A stretch of DNA of 64,000 nucleotides from Eledone cirrhosa (lineage: Eukaryota), in NCBI GenBank assembly GCA_964016885.1, contig OZ024753.1, positions 39,246,001 through 39,310,000 on the forward strand. Reading direction: 5' to 3'. Below, in pieces: positions 55,830 through 64,000 of the stretch. The notes under the pieces were generated by a model. That model was given only the letters and a program-made list of their open reading frames with translations, was not told the DNA's origin and ran no database searches. The translations under genes were made by a program, and so were the position numbers. Within the stretch, counting starts at the first letter, position 1, and every line of letters begins with the position of its first letter.

Positions 55830-58800
55830 CATACATTTACTCATGGATGGTTATATGTATGTGAACTCGAACTTTGTTTATTATACTTTGATACCTTTAC
55901 ATCATCAATATAAACATCTAGAAGTTTCTGTAACAAACCACAGCCTTAAGGCCGTATATCTCTTGCGTATATGACATATAGCATAGACATAGTTGAAGCA
56001 ATAGAGCTGAAAGTTGATAGGCTCGGTCGTCTCTGTAACACATGACATCTCATTGTCTCACCTCCATCGCTATCGGCTACATTTGCGCGTTTGTCAACTT
56101 CAGACAGCTATTTTTCGTGTGGCTGCCTTCCTTATAGTTTCCTCTGTGTGTCAGCCAGTTTGTTTGTGAGTTTGTGTATGTGTTTGTGTGTATATGTGTT
56201 GTGTATATGTGTGTATGTGTGTGTATCCTCCCACGTGTGTGCGTACTCACATGCCCAAGTTTGCGTGTGTGTGTGTGGGTTAGTGATGGGCCTTCGTTGG
56301 TTCCGTCGTCAAGTGTTTAATCAATGGATTAGACTGTTGGAGCATTAGTTCTGAAGGAGAGGCACCGTGACCCAGTGTGTAACATGACAAACTTCTGAAT
56401 TACAGAAAAAACTCAATTTCTTCAGCCGAATGGGCTGAGCTGGATCAACGTTAGATAAAGTTTGTTATTTAAGGACAACACTCCTATTAATTGTTAGTTA
56501 ATATGCGTTGGTCATTATCCTCTCTTTCAGCAATTCATATTGAGCCCAGTTATTCAAGTCTAACTTCGGCTGTGGATAAGGATGCAATTGTGACGAAGAG
56601 TAATGAAATTGCTCAGTGCCAGATTAACCTAGTAGCAAGAATCATATTTGCTATGAGCCTGGTATTTTCAGGGATCTCATTATGTATGCTTTTTACTCAT
56701 ATAGTATATGGCCATTTATGTTATTTATATTTTTAAATGTAAGGCACTGTTATAGTATACGCTTCACACTCCACACTAAACTAATCTGGCACGGTAGGTG
56801 AAAGATTATCTTTCAGATTTTAGTTTCATTATTCTACATTCTAAGCTCAAAGAACACGAGCAGTCAACTTTGATCTCATAAAGACTGAGCTGATAAATAT
56901 TGAATCATTGTAGGTTCAAGTGGTGTGTGTTCTAGTTGATTCGATCAATAGAACAAACTGTTTGCAAAATTTACATAGGCGATTTACAGACACCTGTACC
57001 CTTAACATAATTATAAGGGAGATTCAGTGTGGGTGAATATGTGTCAAAACCGGCCCTTTTAAATATGTTCCAAATATGTTCCAGCTAAATAGACAAGAGA
57101 AACGGTAAATAAGGTATCTTACTCGAGGGCACAACGCTTCACCACGAATCGAACCCACGAACTGACAATCGCGAGACAAAGACCCTAATTATTAAGATAC
57201 GCATATTCACGGGTCGATACAATGAGTTGCAGAAATACACTGAGGTTTATTCCATCAGATATTCACCCCCTTTTTCTATAAATCTTTACGTTGCGTTGCG
57301 CTAAGTCGACCGAAATCAATACCCCATTTTCTCTCAACAATATTTTGAGATTCTTTCTATTTTAGATTGTCCTTAATTTAGAGAGTCAGCTATTATAACA
57401 ATTCTCCTAATTTTGCTTCTTCTATTCTTCTATTTTGCCAATTATTTAGCGTTTCTTTTACCTTTTCTATTTTTTTTTGGTAACTTTTTGTTTCGAATTT
57501 TTACATCATCATCTACAAATTTATCATTTTATAGACTTATTCTTCTTGATAGAACGCGTAATTTGACCGATTATCTTAGAAATCAGTCTATGATAAATAA
57601 ATGAGAAGCAATGGAAGCTTCTATTCTTCTAATTTCCCCGTCATTCCGACCAATTTGAGAATTTGCGGGGAGGAATTAATGTTATTTATCGGTCTGGTTG
57701 CTGCTATTTTAAATGTGACAACCGCTGTGACACAATTTACCATGCCTCTTTCACTTTTAGTCTTTATTCCTTATATATTTTCATCTTCTTCAACATTTTG
57801 TTCTTCTTCTACTCCTCTTTTCATTCTTCTTGTTCCTTTAGTAGCTCATCTCATTTATTCATTCATTCAATTCCTTCTTTCACCGGCCAATTATAAAACA
57901 TTAGCTTACAAATCTCACTAACACGCTATAATGGGGTAATCACACTAACTTCGAGTTGTTCCCTAACTCATTAATTCATTGACGTCTAACCATTTGCTCA
58001 ACCTTTCAAATTTATCCAGTAAAGTTATATACACAGAAAATCTTACCAATATCTGTACGTTGTATATCTACTATTAGGTTTCTCTTGATTAAACTCTTTA
58101 TTCAGTTAATTTCCACAGTCATCTCATTCTATTTATTTAGCGCGTTGAACTGGCCGAGTACTTAGAACATTGGGTTGAAAGCTTTGTGTTATTTCAAATC
58201 CTGTCAAGGTCGATATATAAAATACTAGTTCAGTACTGTGGTCAAGACTTATTCTATATCTCTTTCTCATTTCTCGCTTGTTCCTTCTGTACCTCATTGT
58301 CTGGATAAAATTAACTGGTTTCTGGCCTGGAGAGGGATAGTGTCCACTAATTTTTAAATACCATAAGGGTTCCAGCGCATCTCCCTTACCATCCTCCGGG
58401 GAAACACCTTTTCCATTCTGTCCGCCGGGGCTGTGGGGACGCCATCAATATGATTACTTAACTCTTTCTGTACCTTATAGATAGGTTTCACTATCATATA
58501 TTTTGGTTTCCAGAGTGACACTACGACTCAATTGGTATTTAAGGACCAACCGTCTCATCTAGATTCATTCTATTCCCTCTCAAACAAGGACATATATGAT
58601 TTTTAAATGTTTCTTTACTTACTATATAACGTAAGCTATCGTTCATTTTCCTATTAAACTTTCTTACAGCAGGTGTCCCTGAGCATATGTGCCCACCTCA
58701 CTCGCAGTAGCTAATACATATTTCATACATAAACTCTAATATAAACATATATAATTTTTAAATCATCTGTTTGTATGTGTGCTTGCAATTTTTAAATACC

Positions 58801-58947
58801 CCTTTGTAACACACGTTTTCCTCTTCCTAGCATTGACTCTCTCATTCTTTCTTTAGATCTTGCAAACCCTACCCCACCCCCATTTCTCTTTTAAATTTAT
58901 ATGCACACATATATTCTCTCTCACTTTTCTCTTTCTCTCTCTCGCTC

Positions 58948-58997
<50 letters not shown>

Positions 58998-59010
58998 CTC
59001 TCTCTCTCAA

Positions 59011-59056
<46 letters not shown>

Positions 59057-59134
59057 ATATAATTTCTCTCTCTCTCTCTCAATCTCTCTCAATCTCTCAC
59101 TCAATCTCTCTCAATCTCTCTCAATCTCTCTCAA

Positions 59135-59226
<92 letters not shown>

Positions 59227-59368
59227 CGTCAGTTTAATTGATTTAAGAATAAGGACATTTTAGCCTGCAGTAAATGAAATGACACTTTGTATCTGTATCT
59301 GTAGCAATTCATGCTGCGATAGAGTGATTGTTGTATAAATAGACATATTGTTCTTCATAGAGAGAGAA

Positions 59369-59413
<45 letters not shown>

Positions 59414-59484
59414 AATAAAGAAAGAAAGAAAGAGAGAGAAGGGCGGAGAAAGAAAGAAAGAAAGAAAGAGAGAGAAGGACGGAG

Positions 59485-59519
<35 letters not shown>

Positions 59520-60426
59520 AAGAGAAAAGGAGAGTTTTACTGAAACATCAATCATGCCAATAACAACTGTTTATAGTCATCATCACCGCTGTTGTTGTTG
59601 TTGTTGCTCTTCTTCTTCTTCTTCTTCTTCTTCTTCTTCTTCTTCTTCTTCTTCTTCTTCTTCTTCTTCTTCTTCTTCTTCTTGTCTTAGTTGTTATACT
59701 TAAAATACGCGAGAAGAATCTGGAGTAAGATAATGCGATTAGTTCAGCAAAAATCGACACAAGGCCAGTTTTATTAAACCTTTATCACTCTCAATTGGCC
59801 CAGAAATATAAAACTTAGTTGAATAAGATGGTGTCGAATTTCGAAAGAGGTTAGGACATTTCACATTATAGTTCTGCTTGTTTTTGAGCCAATACGCTTC
59901 TTGCCACCTCATTGTCTGACACAGAATTTCGCCAAGGTTGTTTTACGTTCAAGTGGCTATCTCTAGAACTACAATTATCTTCCATAGACAATTTTTATGC
60001 TTTTTTCAGAGGGTTTCAAATATTATGTCTTTTAGATAATCACTTGCAGTATATTTTTGACCATCATTGACCACAATTCCAGCGCGAGCACATATAATCT
60101 TTTATCTGTGGGTGTTGGTGATATATATTGGCAGCTAATTATTTCCAGACAGAATCGTACAATAGAGGTTTCGCTCGCTATTACACTCTTTAAATCAGGT
60201 AGAAGAAGAAGAAGATGTAGCGATGTTTCAACTTCATTTATTTGATATTAGCCATTCTCAGATAGTTCAAATATCAGAGACGCCTCTGGGACTGAAGATA
60301 AGCTGTAGAAAACGATGAATAATAGCGGTAAGGTGAAAAGGATTTGTTTTCTCGGAATTCGGTTGTAATAGCGATTGTTTCTAGCTTAGTTAGTGGTTTG
60401 GTTGTTATTGCTTTTGTTGTTGTTCT

Positions 60427-60461
<35 letters not shown>

Positions 60462-60465
60462 TTGC

Positions 60466-60517
<52 letters not shown>

Positions 60518-61040
60518 ACTGCTACATTTTATAACATTGAATATATTGCAATATAACTCAACTGTTGATATTAGGATTGCTGGAGAGAGAGAACACTCCG
60601 TAGTTTCTTCCAATTTGCTTTCTACTGAAAAATAATGGTAATATCGTTTGTAACTTTTACAGGAACCGTTCTAAAGAATACATACAATTCACGTCGGCTC
60701 TTCAACCGGTGTATACCAGAACAATGAAGAAACGGACCACACCACATATTGTTCTATCGACTGCCTATACAACTAAGCACCTAAATGTAGTAAATGTTAC
60801 AATAAACGAACTATGGGTTCTCTTACGTGAACGCTACATCTGTTACTCCCCAAAATTGGTGTCCTTGAGTCTGTGGTAGAAACTCTTTTTACAAAAGCAG
60901 TCATTTGAATTCTTTAATCTTTGAGCTGATAAAATTTGTGTCTTAAGTTTGTGTTAGAAAACCTTATTACAAAAGCACACATTTTAATTCGTGAATCTCT
61001 GAGCTTTTAGTCGAATAATTTCTCTATTTGTACATATGCC

Positions 61041-61162
61041 ATTCTGAGTTCAAATCCCGCCCAGGTTAACTTTGTCTTTCATCCTTACAGGGTCGATAAA
61101 ATAAAGTACCAGTAATGCACCGGGTAATTGCTGGCCTTGTTCCAAAAGTAGAAACAATTATT
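61041..61162 (+). mobile_element. 5'-truncated SINE family A copy
   Basis: B-box through to the tail AAAAGTAGAAACAATTATT. Confidence 0.82.
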
Positions 61163-62794
61163 TCTATATAGGACAGAATTTAATTTCAAATTAGAGTTGA
61201 TAAACAAAAAGAAAAAAGAAAAAAATTCGCGCATGAATATTTTGCATTTCGCTGATGTTTTTGTTTTCGGAGTGGTGGGTGGGTCTTTAATTTCTATTTT
61301 TAACTTGCATGGTAGGATCAAAATATGTTTGCTAATGTTATATCTAATTTACACTGGCTTAAACATCTTGATTGGGGATTGAATGAAAACACCGGAAAAA
61401 TATATTTTTGAAAGACTTTTTTTTCATTTAGAGGTATGGGTTTTAGACAGGGGAAGTAATACACCTCCATGCAATGTTGACAATGGCAACATTTATCCAA
61501 AATAGCAATGTTTATGTCTCTTTAATAAACTAAGAAAAATATAATGAAAAAAATAATACAAAAAGAATATTGAGAATCTTCGTGAAATGTTTGCTTTGTA
61601 AGAGCAATAATCTACTGACTGTTGTCACTTGATAAATTTTCCTTCAAAAATTTAATGTCAATTCCTGGTGATAGAATTCCACGACATTTTTCTTTTCAGG
61701 AATGAGTCGAAAATTTAAACCCTATTGACAAATTACAAGCAAATGTAATAGTCAGTGGCAAGAAGTGCAAAAATTTGATTTGCAGAAGTTCGTGACGAAC
61801 ACAAGCAGCACCCTCACTTCCTCAACGACTACAACAACTTTGGTAGCTATATTAACGGCTATTATAATGAGAAGGGGAATAGAATCTTCTAATTGTTGTG
61901 GCTCTTTATTTACTATATTTTATTGTGATTTTTGTTTCCGCACAATCAATAATCTACGCGAATCCGCCGAGTAATAAAGTTAACGGACGTTATGCTGGCG
62001 GCCAGAGTTTTGTTGCATTGTTGCTACAAGAAAGCCAATGATATTACGAGTGCAACCAATGTTGTTACTTTAACAAGTTCCGTTAATTAGAGGCTAATAT
62101 TAGTGACATAGAAATAAAATAAAAAATACTTCATTTAATATTGTTGCTTGTCTGTGGTAGTCAACCGTTGGTCAAAGTATAGTATTAGTTGTGTTAATGT
62201 GAGAGAGATTGCGTGTTGTGTTTGTTGGTGGCTGTGATGAAGGTGGTGTGGCAGTTTTCTCGTCAATTACCTCTCATTTTATCCCGAACTCCATAACTGA
62301 CACTAATGTAAAATGAATCAGTTCATGTAAAGGTGTTCACTGCTCTGTTACTAGACGACAATAATGACAGTGAATAAAAAATAAATAACAAAAAGAAAAT
62401 ACAACGAACATCGTTTCTGATTAGGGTAATTTGGAGAACTGGCGAATATTTTGCTATTTGGTGAGATCAGCGATTACAAAACTGTTAAATTATGTTCGAT
62501 TAATAGTAGTAAAAATAAAAGATTATACAAATGCTTAAAGTAAAATGTACAATACACAAAATTTGACCAATCAGATAATTTACTAAAAAGACGGGAATGA
62601 TACTGTTCTCCCACCTCAATGGCTGCTCGGACACATCAAAATGCAACGTAGTTGCTGAGGAGGATGATATACTGTCCGTTCTATATTATTCACTATATTT
62701 ATTACAAGGAATAGGAAAAGGGATATAACTGTGATAGAGAAGCAGACAGACGCCAGCTATTGTTAGATGTGTTTCCACTGTATTATTATCTAAT

Positions 62795-62900
62795 GCCGAG
62801 GTTAACTTTGCCTTTCATCCTTACGGGGTCGATAAAATAAAGTACCAGTAATGCACTGGATAATTGCTGGCCTTGTGCCTAAAGTAGAAACAATTATTAT
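62795..62900 (+). mobile_element. 5'-truncated SINE family A copy with a 16-bp TSD
   Basis: ATTATTATCTAATGCC occurs at 62782-62797 and 62893-62908. Confidence 0.9.
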
Positions 62901-64000
62901 CTAATGCCTGCATTGAACTTGTCTTACTAAATTCTTGTAAAAGCTAGAATTTGAAGAAAAGAAATTATTGTTAAGCTAGGTGTGTTACCTCTGTGCGTTA
63001 GTAAATAACGGTAATAGAGTTAAGTGTCGTAGTGTGGTGAAATTCTCTGACCATTGCTAAAAGTCGAAGGCAAAATCTGAACCTCTGGTGTTAGAGAATG
63101 TCAGTATGATGCAACTGACTCGAAAAATGAACAACTAAAACAGAGACAAACTAATATAGTGTGACCTTCTCTCTAAAGTGAGTCTTAATCTTGAAATTCA
63201 AGTTTCCTGAGCTTCAAATTAAAGTAATATGGTTTTGGAATTAAATGTAGTATGACCTTGAATATCATTTGGCCTTCAAAGTGTTTTGACCTTAGAAATA
63301 AAGTGTCTTCAACAAAAAAAATAACACCAAAAAAACCCTAAATTATGGCTCAGATCTGACTCCGCTACCGAATGTGCAAAGATGTCTGGCGGCTTCCTTG
63401 AATATAAAGAGATAAGGATGCCAGCAAATACTTAGCTTTATGATTTTTGTAAAGTTTATTTTGGTGACAGGGATTTAAAATCGCATTCACAGAAAAATAT
63501 TTAAAGTTTTGTCTCAAAAAAACATGGGTCGGTGGCCTTAGTTAATCCTGGAAGTCATCACGATCAATTGAAATGCTCTTCGTGGGAACAGACGGAAGTC
63601 CAAAAAATATTTCTACATTACAGTCAACGAATGTATTTATGAGATATAATTTCTATGTTGCTCTTCGTAGCTGAACACACCGAGAGATTCACATTCGTAT
63701 GACAAAAGATTAGTTATCTGATAGAAAGACAGGCTGTTTGAATATTACTCGAATTGCGAATGTTTAACGAAATTATGCAGATCAGGTAGTGCACGTTGTT
63801 GTCGTCAACAGAGAGTTAAGAATATACACACAAGCTACAAAGAAAGTATATAAAAATATAGAGAAATAAAATTCGGTCTCTTTGCGCGCAGTATGCTTCT
63901 CACTTGTACAGCATACTGATTCTTCTAGCCTACAGAACTATTTCTGAATCCTGAGTCTATTGACATATTTCTGCACTCTATCGCTGGTTCCTCTCCTGCG

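Noticed and set aside
61780-62060. Hydrophobic minus-strand peptide resembling a protocadherin transmembrane segment
   Set aside because: Surrounded by stops, with no cadherin motifs.

Overview
AT-rich, microsatellite-saturated eukaryotic non-coding DNA. The repeat content (Meta-domain-like tRNA SINEs, very long (TA)n tracts, Tx1-like LINE) suggests an invertebrate, most likely an octopod cephalopod; this is an inference. I recognise no host protein-coding gene, and nearly all listed ORFs are microsatellite translations. The only clear coding unit is a near full-length Tx1/L1-group non-LTR retrotransposon at about 36034-41872 (+). It has a CCHC ORF1 broken by a -1 frameshift and an intact 1139-aa APE-RT-zinc-finger ORF2, and sits between (ATT)n runs. 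Three systems stand out. (1) The dominant ~190-bp tRNA-SINE (more than 15 copies, including a 4x207-bp tandem array) ends in the same stem-loop + GAAA + (ATT)n terminus as the Tx1 LINE, suggesting a SINE/LINE partnership. (2) At least 8 hammerhead-ribozyme-like motifs lie in short elements, mostly in or next to (TA)n tracts and probably Penelope-like terminal repeats; one has an apparently intact U3-A8 compensatory core. (3) Several of these insertions begin with long palindromes whose fold-back points coincide with ribozyme helices. A non-autonomous ~600-bp retroposon associated with (ATGT)n is present twice. All alignments and folds were done by eye.
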